Source of the DNA: Okamejei kenojei
Taxonomy: Eukaryota
Reading direction: 5' to 3'
Assembly: GCA_035221665.1 (NCBI GenBank)
Contig: CM069156.1
Coordinates: forward strand, 17,050,001 to 17,114,000
Length of the DNA: 64,000 nt
Both the position numbers and the translations under genes were made by a program. Every line of letters starts with the position of its first letter. Within the stretch, counting starts at the first letter, position 1. Of this stretch, positions 21,822 through 33,738 are shown one piece after another. Under the pieces are notes generated by a model. That model saw nothing but the letters and a program-made list of their open reading frames with translations, searched no databases and was not told where the DNA came from.

Positions 21822-22748
21822 CTACTAGTCAGATCCTTGAACCCGTTCCCTTGTATCAGGACCTTTATTTAGAACCCTGCTCTGACCAAGTCTGAAGAAG
21901 AGTCCCAACCCAAAACATCACTTGGCTGTGTTCTCCCATCATGCTGCGTGACATGCTGAGTTATTCCAGCACTTTGTGTCTTTTTCAGTAAACTAGCATC
22001 AGCAGTTCCTTGTATCTCTCCCTTCGTCACCATCCTGTCTACCTGTGTCACCACACTCATGGAACGATGCACCCGCACCCCCATGTGTCTCTGTTCTATG
22101 ACACTCGCTGGAGCACCACCATTGCTCCGCACACTGAACTCCTGTGGCCTTAATTATAGCTTCACCGCGGAGCCTTGCTTACTTTGTTCAAAGAGTGATG
22201 GCACAGTCATCCACAGTTTCAGAGCCTCAGGAACAAGCTGAGCTGAGCTGCTGCTGATCAAGCTCAGCTGCTGATGATCTGTGTCACACCGCACAGCCAG
22301 TAGCTCACAGCTGCATTCGGGAGGTCTCTCAAAGAGAGAAAACTTCATCAGCTTTACTTCGGTTCACAGGAGCAGGCAATACTGATGTGGGAATTTGCTT
22401 TAGATGCTGGCTTACCCACAGTGCAGGCATTCATAGATCACACTCATGCAGTGTAATTCCTTACAGAGACTTCCCTGCCATTACCGTTTTAAGAGCAGTC
22501 GGCAATGGTGTGGGTTCACCAGTCTGTCCTCGAAACACTCCTAAATCAAGGAATGTGCTGATTGTGTTGTGTTGTGTCTCCTTAACCACTGGCTGATGTG
22601 ATTGCTTCTGCTAAGGCTAAGGGCTATCATCTGTGGAATCTTGCAGTACAGTAAAAACTTTGATAATCTGCTATCTGAGGTTTCAGAAATCCCAATGATT
22701 CATCATCTGGCTGGCCTGGTGATGGTTGCAATTACCATTACTAGGCTA

Positions 22749-22952
22749 AAACACAAAGTGCTGGAGGAACTCAGTGATTCTGGCAGCATCTGCGGAATGA
22801 ATGGACAGGCAACGTTTCAGGTCTGGACTCTTCTTCACTCTGGCCCCGAAAGATCAACTGTCCATTTCCCTCCACAGATGCTGCCCGACCCGCTGAGTTC
22901 CTCCAGCAGGTTAGTTGCTGCTTCAGATTCCACAATGCAGTTCCTTGTGTCC
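22749..22952. mobile_element. Degenerate fold-back pLTR pair
   Basis: TGCTGGAGGAACTCAG...CAGCATCTG is inverted as CAGATGCTG...CTGAGTTCCTCCAGCA. Confidence 0.65.
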
Positions 22953-23286
22953 CCCGCCTATAAAATCTGTTTGTCCGTCATTCCCAATGTCCCAAACGTG
23001 CATGACTAATCTTTCAACGATCAACAGAGGAAGGCACAATGAAATCACTGTCACACAGCGTAACAAAGGCCTTCCCACCACCATGAGTTTTGCGTTAAGA
23101 TTTCTGGGAGAACAATGCTTTGCTTATTGCCTCTCATCTCAAGATTTTCTGTTCAAATGGTCAAATAATGGTTCTGCTTAGTTGCTTTAGGTCCTTGTCC
23201 TTATTCCTTGCATTACTTCTCCGAGTGAAAGGAACCAATGGGATGTATTGTAACCTCTTACTCATCTCACTTACTAAAAGATAGAG

Positions 23287-23620
23287 AAAATAATCTTAGT
23301 CTGACTTCAAAGCTGCTCTGGGAAGGCTATCTCTGCCACCAGCTTTCAAAGATGAGAAAATCTCATTGTTCATCATCATCTCAGCCCACTGTCAGAATAT
23401 GTTCCAGAAATATCAGTATCACTTATACCATATTTAATAGTATCCTTTCAAAGTCTGCAGTAAATCAATAGCCATTTTCACTCTCCACATCACCATCAAT
23501 CTGAGCCAAAGATAAGGATTCTCCAAGAAAAGGCACTTCAACTTTGTCATTGTTTCAACATCTCCTTAATAACATTTTTGGCACTTCCTTATTTGACAAT
23601 GACTGCACAACAAAACTCTG
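23287..23620. repeat. Duplicated non-TE block A, copy 1 (copy 2 at ~27445-27752)
   Basis: Shared ATCTTAGTCTGACTTCAAAGCTGCTCTGGGAAG, GTCAGAATATGTTCCA, CCTTTCAAAGTCTGCAGTAAATCA and CCTTATTTGACAATGACTGCACA. Confidence 0.85.
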
Positions 23621-24149
23621 CAGTCAGAAGAAGGGTCCCAACCCAAAATGGCGCTTGTCCATTTTCCTCCACACGTGTTGCCTGACCTGTTGAGTTCCTC
23701 CCACAGTTGTTGTTTTGGTCAAGATTTCAGCATCTGCAGTCTCTCATATCTCCATCACGAACACTGCATCATTCGTCAGAATGTCTTCAGGTCAAAAACT
23801 GCGCTCCATAAATGCAAAAGCTGTCTCTCTCTTGGCACACTATCCATATTAATGGTTGCAGAAACTATAGCTCAGAACTCCACTAAATATGCACAGCAGA
23901 GAGAAAATTGTCCTTTGTGCAACTTTGTGAATTGTAAGTAAATTTGCATTGAATGGGTTCATGCGGGTTTGTTCGAGAGATGTTGACAACATGCTGGTAA
24001 TCAATCCAAACAGTTATGAAAGCTCTTTGCATTGGATCTGAATACACTCTCCACATGAAGTGGAAAAGCAATTGTGGGGAGAATAGCTGATTGAGACCAT
24101 TTTTATACTGAGTTACCTTCAAAGGCAAAAATTCACACATTCACAAGTT

Positions 24150-25067
24150 AAAGAAGTAGAGTTAGGCCATGCAGCCCATTGAGTCTATTCTGCCATTCAA
24201 TCATAGCTGATCTCTGCCACCTCATCCCATTTTCCTGCCTTCTCCCCATAACCCTTGACATCTGTTCCAATCAAGAACTCATCTATCTCTGCCTTAAAAA
24301 TATCCACTGGCTTGGCTTCCACAGTCCTCTGCGGCAATGTGTTTCCCTTTGCATTAAGAAGTTCCTCTTCACCTCCTTTTTAAAAGAGTGCCCGTTAATT
24401 CTGAAGCTTATGACCTATGGTCCTAGGTTCTCCCACCAGTGGAAACATCCTTCTGTGCCTTTCATTATTCTGTAATTTTCAATGAAGTCCCCCCTCAACC
24501 TTCTAAACTCCAGCGAGTAGAGACCCAGTGCTGTCAAACACTCATCATATGCTAATTCACTCATTCCTTGAATCATTCTTGTAAACCTCCTATGGACCCT
24601 CTCCAGAGCCTGCACATCCTTCCTCAGAAATAGTGACAAAATTTGCTTGTGGTATTCCAAATGAGGCCAGACCAGCGCCCTATAGAGCCTCAGCATTACA
24701 ACTCTGTTTTTGTATTCCAATCCTCTTGAAATAAATGCTAACATTGAATTTGCCTTCCTTACTACCGATTCAACTTGCAAATTAACGTTTTGGGAGTCCT
24801 GCACCAGCATTCCCAAGTCCCTTTGCACCTCCGATCTCTGGATTCTCTCTCCACTGAGAAAATAATCTACGCCTTTATTCTTATTACCAAAATGCATGAC
24901 TGCACTTTGCTATACTAAATTTCATTTGCCACTTCTCTGCCCACTCTCCTAACCTGGCCAAGTCCTTCTGCAGAGTCCTTGGTTCCTCTACACTGTCTGC
25001 CCCTCCACCTATGTTAGCATCAACTGCAAATGTGGCCACAAAGACTTCAATCCCCTTGTCCAAATTC
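24150..25067 (-). mobile_element. CR1 LINE RT C-terminal pseudogene
   Basis: HFGNKNK, QRDLG, LYRALVWPHLEY and LGLYSLEFRRLRGD. Confidence 0.9.
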
Positions 25068-25599
25068 AATTTTTACCAGCTCTGTCAGGAACCCACAGGA
25101 AGACTTGTATTCAGTGAGATCTCTTTACAAGCACTGCTCTGATGTTTCACAGTGCCGATCCACATCAATGTGCTCTATGAATGCGCCCATGACCAGGTCT
25201 TGGATGGTGTAGCACAAGTTGTTAAACACTTTTAGATTGAAAATCAAAAGATATTAAACGTTACTGAAGAAACCATGGCCATTAGGTTTGCCGGCACTTC
25301 TGGTCACAATATGTTGGCCAGATGCTGCACACAGAGAGAAAGGAGATGGAAAAGACTTTGTGTCCAGACATCTAATCTGCCAGAAATGTTCAAGGAGCCA
25401 TGCTCCTATCTCCATCTCTCTAGCAGTCTGACATGGTTCACCAACCCAATGGAATACTCCCACGATAAGGTCTGCAACAAGTGTGTGCATGCTGAAAATG
25501 AGTCTATGCAGTTGTCATTAGGTATTTCAAACACACAAACACATGGAGCTGAGGTTTGCTCCCTGTTGACATAAGTGTCAGCTACACATCTAGGAAGGG

Positions 25600-26015
25600 G
25601 TGGCCTGGTCTGTCACCAGAAGACATACATCACAGATCAACAGTGCATTGATCGCCAGATCACCATGTAGTATGCAGGGAAATGCTTGTAACTTAAAAGG
25701 AGAGAAGTATCAAAGATTGTAGTCATTAAGTTATTGTAATCTCTTAACTCAAACAATGATATCTGATCACAAATCAGAAATTCTGGTCTGACATTGTACA
25801 TTAAATCCTGAGCATGCACTCTTGAAGAGTAGTTCAGTCCCCATCCATTGTAAAAGTAAGTAGGCTTTGAGGAACTACTTGATCTACAATACATATCCAA
25901 TCTCATGTTCACTGTTTTTATTCAGACAGTGCGTTTCACATCATAACAATGTACTGAATAATAAAAAGTTTCTTCAGCCTTGCTCAATCAGTCAGGTATC
26001 CTTAATATCACTAAT
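25600..26015. repeat. Duplicated non-TE block B, copy 1 (copy 2 at ~29535-29960)
   Basis: Shared AACAGTGCATTGATC, ATTAAATCCTGAGCATG, AGTCCCCATCCATTGTAAA, TTTCACATCATAACAAT and GTCAGGTATCCTT. Confidence 0.85.
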
Positions 26016-26559
26016 AGCGTTTAAACAATTCTCCGTTCATTCAGAAAAACAGCGTCCTCCCAGATGGCATCAAGCAGGACTCCGACAGAAGCAATTTGAA
26101 GTTCCACCCAGGCATCCAAACTGCTGCCTCTGCCTCTCGGCAGGAGAAACTTTCACTTTAAACTCCAAATCGAAATAGAATCAATGCCGGCTTCTCTGGA
26201 GATGAGCTCCATGCCCAACTGGAAATTGTGTGTACCCAATTCTGCAAAATATTCTTCAAGAGATTCCAAGTGGTTTCCCATTCTGTCAAACCAGATGGAC
26301 AATGCACCAGTTATTAACACATACGTCTGCTTTCCCAAACATGCTCCACAATCCTCATCCAAGACCTCCACGGAAGCTCTGACGTGTAAGCTATCCCTTA
26401 AGATGAGCTGCCACAGAGCCTTTATTTCATCTGCCCACAGCAGACCACTGGTGCCAAGCGATCTGGTCTGTCGGTATCAGAGTTGATGGCATCAGGTGGC
26501 AATGATGCAGTGTGATTTTCCTCTCTCAGGTAATGGGAAGGATGCGTTCAGGGTCAGGA

Positions 26560-26725
26560 TATCAAGTACAGGAGTCAGAATGTACAAGACATTAATTTTT
26601 TCCACACAAAGTATGGTGCGTACATGGAACCAGCGGCCAGAGGAAGCTGTAGAGACAGGTACAAGGATGATGTTAGAAAGATACTTCGACAGGTACAAGG
26701 ATAGGAGAGATTAAGAAGAATATAG
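26560..26725 (+). mobile_element. CR1 C-terminal fragment
   Basis: FSTQSMVRTWNQRPEEAVE..RYFDRY. Confidence 0.6.
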
Positions 26726-27444
26726 TTGTAGGAAAGTAACCGTACCTGAATCCCATAGTGTACGACTTCATATTCCTACCCATTGGTATCAGCAAGGTAC
26801 AGAATGTTGGAGAGTCATACGGTTAAGAATTTTTCTCTTTAAAGTAATATTGATGCAGGGAAAGTCAGTTTAATGAGCTGTCATTACATGTACTGTAAAT
26901 GTATTTAAAATGAAGCAAACCAAAGCTCCTCAGAGAGATGTGGGTTTTTTTCCACAGTTTGTCATCTTTAGTCCCAGGTGACCTGTTACTGAGAATCTCT
27001 GAGCCTTGATCCAAGCATGTTTTTGCAAACTTACTTGAAAAACATAACAGGGTAACAAATCATAATCGGCATCTATGTAATCTCTGTAGTGTTTCTGATG
27101 CAAACACGAGTGTAAAGCTTGTACAGGCCAATGACAGGGTCTCCAATGATCTGTGAAATGTAATTGAAGAATTTAATTCACTTATTACAGAGGATATTTA
27201 AACACAAATTTAAGTCAATCACGTTCTCCTTTACACCCAAGGTTCACGAGAGGTGATAGTGAAACAGACATAATAATAAAATTAGATGTTCCATTTTGGG
27301 TGGAATTTCCCTGAGGCAGACTGTGCTAAACTCAGCACTTTGTAGGGATGGGGAAGGACCTTTTACAGGACATGACCAAAGCCAAAGCCCCAGGAACGTT
27401 GGCAAACCTTTCCTGGGTGGCAGAGCAATACAGGAAGGTTGAGG

Positions 27445-27752
27445 AAATTATCTTAGTCTGACTTCAAAGCTGCTCTGGGAAGTCTTTCTCCACCACCAGA
27501 GATGATAAAAACTAATTGTTCATTATTGTCTCAGCCAACCGTCAGAATATGTTCCATAAATGTCAGTATTACTTATACCACATTTCATAGTTTCCTTTCA
27601 AAGTCTGCAGTAAATCAGTTGCATTATTCACTGTCTACATCACCACCAATCTAGTCCAAAAATTAAGATTCTCTAAACTTAGTAATTGTTTCAACATCTT
27701 AATAACATTATTGGCTTTTCCTTATTTGACAATGACTGCACATCAGAACTGT
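27445..27752. repeat. Duplicated block A, copy 2
   Basis: See 23287-23620. Confidence 0.85.
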
Positions 27753-27829
27753 GAGGAACAGCACCTCATGTTTTGCTTTACAACCCAACAACATGTATAT
27801 TGATTTCTCTAACTTCCTGTAACCCTTTC

Positions 27830-27889
<60 letters not shown>

Positions 27890-28205
27890 GCGTCCTCCTT
27901 CCTAGTCATCCTTCTAGTTTCATTGTCGTCCTGCTTAGTTTCACTCATTAGTTTCACTTGTTATCACCTCCACAGCCAACAGAAGACCATTGTAGGCTCC
28001 ACCTTTCCTTGTTCATCATTGCTGGCTTTGATTTGTCCTTTTGCATACCTTTCATTCACTTGTTCTTCGTACCTCATCATATCTCTAGTTCCTCTCTCCC
28101 CTGAACCTTAGTCTGAAGAAGGGCCTCGACACGCAACATCACCTTTTTTTTCCCTCCAGAGATGCTGCCTAACCCTCATTTCCTCCAGCATTTTGTGTCC
28201 ATCTT
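27753..28205 (+). mobile_element. Penelope 3' end with a (CT)n microsatellite (27833-27889) and pLTR
   Basis: GAGGAACAGCACCTCAT (EEQHL), and AGTCTGAAGAAGGGCCTCGAC at 28110. Confidence 0.75.
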
Positions 28206-28379
28206 CATAGAACAACTCCCTGATTCTAGTAATTATGCACTGGATCTGTTGCTTTTTCAAGTATTGCAGCTGAACATGGAGTAGATGCTCATTTAACAAT
28301 ATTAAAGGATACAGATAACCATATGACGGAGGCAGTTTTGCAACCACTTTACCCATACACAGAGCATCTCAATGGTAAA

Positions 28380-28590
28380 ATGGAGACACAGGTCTACAGA
28401 TGCTGGAATCTATAGCAATATACAAACAACTCATTGGGTCAAGCGGCATCTGTGGAAGCAAAGATATCGTCAATGATTCAGGTCGAGACACTGCATCAGG
28501 ACTGACCCAAAGTATTGCCCATTCATTTGCCTCTACAGATGCTCGACCTGATTACTGAGTTCTTCCAGCAGTTTGCTTTTTTCTTAACAT
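28380..28590. mobile_element. Degenerate fold-back pLTR pair
   Basis: GCATCTGTGGAAGCAAA is inverted as TTTGCCTCTACAGATGC. Confidence 0.5.
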
Positions 28591-28824
28591 TCCAACATGT
28601 GGTGGGAACAATTGAGCACTATAATGAATCTCTGGAGAAATAAACTATGACCTGAAGTGAATGCAGATGGGTCTGTCCTGCCTGTTTGCTGAAGTTTCCT
28701 TCTCTGAGCCTTTGTGACCATGATGTGTGCACAATTTACAAGTCAATGCATAAGTAACAACATTGGCTCCATCAAGTTTGGTTTGTCTCCATGGGCCTTT
28801 GGAAATGTTGAACAGCAGCCTAAA

Positions 28825-29265
28825 ACCCATTCACCAATCCTTCAGAAATTCCGATATTAGGTCCTCAATTTCTTTCCTGTACTTCATCTTATTATCTTTG
28901 TAGATCTGATCAGCAACGGTGATACCATCGGTGAAGTTAAAGGTTAAGTTGGTGTTGTACTTGACCACACAGACATGGGTGTACAGGGAGTAAAGCAAGG
29001 GGCCGAGATCACAACCATGAGGGGCATTAGTATCGAGTGTCAGGGTGGAGAAAACATCATGACCAATTCTAATTATCTGAGATCTGTCAGTGAAGAAATC
29101 AGATGGAGGCTCCAAAGCCAAGGTCTAGAAATTTAGAGATGAGTTTATTTGGTATGATGGTGTCGAAGGCTGAGGTGTATTTAATGAACAGCATCCTAAC
29201 ATAGCTGTTCCGATTGTCGAGGTGATCCAGGACTGAATATAGCACAAGGGCGATGTCATCCTCTG
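28825..29265 (-). mobile_element. Rex1/Babar RT fragment
   Basis: FTDRSQIIRIG, APHGCDLGPLLYSLYTH and YRKEIEDL. Confidence 0.75.
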
Positions 29266-29534
29266 CAAGAGGATAACAATGCTTCTATGCAGAAAGACAT
29301 GCAAAACTACCCAAAATACTTCATAACAATTGGAGATCTGTGATTGTAATTGTATTAAGACAAATATAAAGCTGCAATAAAGAATAAAATGGATAAGGAA
29401 GAGATATATCAGCTGAGTCATTGCATACACAGGAGTGCAGAATCGAGAACCTAAATCAGTCAAAGGGAAAGCTGAGGAGACAACTGATAACGGCCAAGAA
29501 AGTTTGACTTCTCAACTACACAGGGTGAAGGGGC

Positions 29535-29960
29535 GGTGACCTGGTCAGTCACCAGTAAACTTATATCACAGATTAACAGTGCATTGATCATCAGATCAGC
29601 TCTGTGTATACAGGGGAAAGCTTGTAACTTAAATAGAGAGAGGTATCGAAGGCTGTAGTGCCAGCCATTACATTGTTATTGTAATCTCTCAACTCGAGTA
29701 AAGATAGTTTATCACAACATCAGAAATTCTGGTCCATCATCATATATTAAATCCTGAGCATGTGCTCTTGAAAAGTAGTTAAGTCCCCATCCATTGTAAA
29801 CGTAAGTAGGCCGAGAGGAGATTCTTGCCCGACAGTACACATCCAATCTCATTTTCACAGTTCTTATTCAGACAGTGCATTTCACATCATAACAATTTAC
29901 TGAAAAATAAAAAGTTACTTCAGCCGTGCTCAACGTCAGGTATCCTTGATATCTCTAATA
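29535..29960. repeat. Duplicated block B, copy 2
   Basis: See 25600-26015. Confidence 0.85.
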
Positions 29961-31576
29961 AGTACATGACAATATATGCTGTAAGCAATGAATTGGATTC
30001 ATCCTTGGCTGACTAAATTTGTCACAGAACAATGGGGATTTCATCAAACATCTCAGAGAGTTAATTACTTCCATCTTAAATGCCAAGTATCGAATCCATT
30101 CAAAAACAAGGAGACATATTTACACATATCAGCTGTCACACATGAGCCTGGATATCAGTCAGGTCTGATCTCAAAGTCAGGACTCTGAATGAAATGTCAT
30201 TTGGAAGGACAAGAACAATAAAAGCTGAAGGACAAAGATAGTGCTTCATGATTTAAATTATGTAAATGGCAACACTTGGATCAACAGTTAAATCAAGCAT
30301 GCTTGCCAATAACCAAACTAAAACTTCAAATTAAGCAAGTGTAACTTGAAATCTTATCGCGTAACAGCTGTGAAACATATTCCAACATTGCAAGGGAGCC
30401 AGAAAGATTATTGTGATGTTGATCGACTCGTGCAGCCATGAAGCATGGATTATTACGGCAGTTGGTCTCTGCGTTGGAAATGTTCTGCCACCCTATCACC
30501 CTCCCCTAGATACCCCACCGTTGTTGGGCCATGTCCGTCACAAAAGCTGCCCGAGGAAACCAATTGAACATGTATTCTAAAACCTCGCTGTTGCTGTCAG
30601 CATGTGCGCTCCAGAGGTTTGGCCGTCAAAGTGACATTTCACACTCGCTGAAAAGGATGGCTTGCCTCCAGCTACCCAAGATGTCACCAGTCATTAGTGT
30701 CAGATTGCCCGGGCCTTCGAGGGACTTCTTTACAATTACATGAATATTGGCTTTCTGATGTTGCAGCAGCTCGTACTCAAAAGAGACATTAATTCGCAGC
30801 AAGCTTTCAACCTCCATCCCATATAATTTGACTCTTAACATAATTGATTGCACATCAAATGAGAGTGTTGGCTTCATTAGTTCATTTGCAGGAAAACACA
30901 TTTACTCCCAGAAACTAGGGATGAGATTTTTTTTCCCCCATTGCAGAAAAAGGATGGATGCTTCAGAAAATCTGGCACAAAGGACTGCTGCCCCAGGACA
31001 GCCTACACTATCTTTTGGGCATTAATTTAAATTGGATGGCAGATTGGGAAGGAAAGGTTATGAATGTGTGATCATTCCTGCTAATTCCCTAAAGTATGCT
31101 GTTGCCCTGCTTTCCTTCCCAGCAACAAGGAAGGGAGTCTTGCCCGAGAGACATTACAGTCACACACCCAGTTGATGATATCTGGAGTTTATTGACAGGA
31201 AACACAGACAGCTCACCATTATCACTGCTGTAAAATGTGTCTGCATGTTCCACTGCAAACTATACCTGATATTTTAACCCTTCATCAGAAGTGTGTTTTA
31301 ACTTGCAGAGCAACATGGAAAGAGGGCACATTTGTGAAAGAGTGGAGACAAATGTATTCCAGTTGATTTCAGCTCCGGCATTTACAGAGAGAAAGGAGAG
31401 AAAAGAATGCACTGGAAAAGTGAGGTACAGAATTTCGCAGAGGCACTAGAAAACTGAAACAGAGGGAATGCTGGAAGTACCCAGCAGATTGTGTAGGCTC
31501 AGTAGAGAGAGCAAAACTGGGTTAATGTTGCAGGTGAGCTGACATTAGAATGGGCGATTCTGATATAAACTGGAAA

Positions 31577-32185
31577 AGCTGAACACTTCCGCTCAGTCTG
31601 CCTAAACTTACCTGATCTGCCGGTTGCTAAACACTTTAAATCCATTTCCCATTCCCACATCGACCTTTCTGTCCTGGGCCTCCTCCACTGTCAGAGTGAG
31701 GCCCAGCGCAAATTGGAAGAGCAGCACCTCATATTTTGCTTGGGCATCTTAGTGGTATGAATATTGATTGCTCTACCTTCAGGTAACCCTTGCTTTCCCT
31801 CTCTCTCCACCCTTCCAAGTTCTCCGACCAGTCTCACTGTCTCCGATTATATTTTATCTCTGTTTGCTTTGTTGTTATCTCCTAGCTAACAATGATCTAT
31901 TCTACATTTTTCTTGAACATGCGTCTCTTTGATGCTAGTGTTAAAGAAGGAACTGCAGATGCTGGAGAATCGAGGGTTACACAAAAAGCTGGAGAAACTC
32001 AGCGGGTGCAGCAGCATCTAAGGAGCGAAGGAGATAGGCGACGTTTCGGGTCGAGACCCTTCTTCTGAAGAAGGGTCTTGACCTGAAACGTCGCCTATCT
32101 CCTTCGCTCCTTAGATGCTGCTGCACCCGCAGAGTTTCTCCATCTCTTTGATGCTTTGTTTTCACAATTGGCCCTTCCTTATCTC
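31577..32185 (+). mobile_element. Penelope GIY-YIG 3' remnant carrying a hairpin insert at 31937-32142
   Basis: AEHFRSV..PDLPVAKHF..HSHIDLSVLGLLHCQSEAQRKLEEQHLIF. Confidence 0.8.
31937..32142. mobile_element. 206-bp fold-back pLTR insertion with a 13-bp TSD
   Basis: TCTCTTTGATGCT at 31924-31936 and 32143-32155. Arms are 31990-32065 and 32067-32142. Confidence 0.88.
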
Positions 32186-32189
32186 TGCG

Positions 32190-32690
32190 ATAGACATACG
32201 GAAAGGTGCTTCACAAAATGCAATGCCAATCGGCATTTAATTTCTCAAACAAATGAACCCATTTATAAGCACCAAATACAATAAATCCTAAATCAGAAGA
32301 TGCACAAATGAATTATTGGAAGACTATTTGGGCCCCTGGATAATGCATCCCCTGTGACTGTGAAGGGAAATGCTGTGAGAGGCGATGATTATTGAAGATC
32401 ATGGAAGAACAAACCAGGGAGCTGCAGAGGGAAGGCTCCATTCAAATTTTGAAAGGGGAGGTGGAGTAGAAGATTGGTCTGATGCTGAAATCCCATTCAA
32501 AGTGGAGGAAATTATTGGGAAGGTCAGATGAACATGGAGGCTGGTGGGGGTGAAAGGAAGCTCTTTGTTTGTTCAAGCTGGGAAGAGAACACATAATAGA
32601 AGAATTGTTGAGAACAGGAGACACAATTGACAGCACTGTCAACTCGGCAGAGGGAGAACAATGGTTAGGGAAAAGAGGCAATCATGTGGA
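32190..32690 (-). mobile_element. Highly degenerate Penelope RT-endonuclease linker fragment
   Basis: SFHPH..NFLHFEWDFSIRPIF resembles the Penelope TFHP..HF.HLQ.DP...IF linker. Confidence 0.45.
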
Positions 32691-33738
32691 CTCATTAAAG
32701 AGATGTAATAGGTTTTAGGTGCTTCCATTTGTGCTGCTGAAACATTCTTGATTTATGAAATTAATGTGTAATTAACTGTGGTAACTCTTTGTGCATTAAT
32801 TATATCACATTCAGTAATTGCTGCAAGGGCCATTAATTCATTCTTTTATTTTTACAATTACGGCTCTGAACCTATTTTGAGGAAGCTACTACTTCAACTT
32901 ACACTCGTCTCACACATTTCCCATGATGAGTTCTTAACTATAGGGAAAAAAAAAATCTATTAAACATTGGCTAACTAGCCATAAGAGTTTATTGAGCATA
33001 TTGCAGAGGATGCGTGTGCTTGTTGAGGTTGGATTGCAACTTGAAATAGCCATTGGAAACGAAAGAACAAACCAGCAGGAATCAAAGGGAACTGATATTA
33101 GGCACAGCTTGATAAGGGGTAGTTTAATTTAGGTGATACAACGCTCTAATCTTATTTATGTAATTTGTGAATATACATATATAAATATTTTAATATGAAT
33201 ATAAATCTGAATGTGATTTAAATTTGTTCAAGTTGCAATTCATCTGATATGTCGCATAAAAGTCAGCATGAGTACAGTAAACCCTTGTTATAACAGACCA
33301 TGGGAAGGACAGGGAGGAGGTAAATTATGTCTCTTATTGCCGATTGTCTATAACCGAGTACGGTATTATCATGTGTAGGGAGGAACTGCAGATGCTGGTT
33401 TAAACTGAAGATGTACACAAAAAGCTGGAGTAACAGCTTGACAGACAGCATCTCTGGAGAGAAGGAATGGGTGAATTGTAGTTGCTGCTTAATGCATGGA
33501 AAGAGAGAAAGCGCTGGAGTAATTCAGCGGGTCAGGCAGAAACTCTGGAGAATATAGATAGATGTCGCTTCTTCAGGCTCAGACTGCTACTGCTGTAGAA
33601 AAATTCATGGGTCAGTCAGCATCTGTGTAAGGAAACGGACAGATGATGTTTCAGGTTAGGCCGGAATGTAGTCAAAGAGCAGGGAAGCTGGACTCCCATC
33701 GGAGCCTGAACGTGAAGCTAACAGGGTGTGATGGAATA

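Larger units (their letters stand above)
20124..21858 (+). mobile_element. Solo LTR (TG...CA) containing nested Penelope and DNA-transposon pieces
   Basis: 5-bp TSD GGACC at 20119-20123 and 21859-21863. Ends are TGCTATACGAG and CTTGTATCA. AATAAA at 20715. Inserted in a pLTR remnant. Confidence 0.7.

Noticed and set aside
26150-26158. Selenocysteine UGA
   Set aside because: No selenoprotein-family context, and no SECIS was identified.
22418-29960. Immunoglobulin/TCR cluster suggested by the duplication and CACAGTG heptamers
   Set aside because: No correctly spaced ACAAAAACC nonamers and no V/J/C domain motifs were found by eye.
33282-33365. Tigger/pogo-like TIR (TACAGTAAACCCTTGTTATAAC)
   Set aside because: Only one end is visible, which is too little to call.
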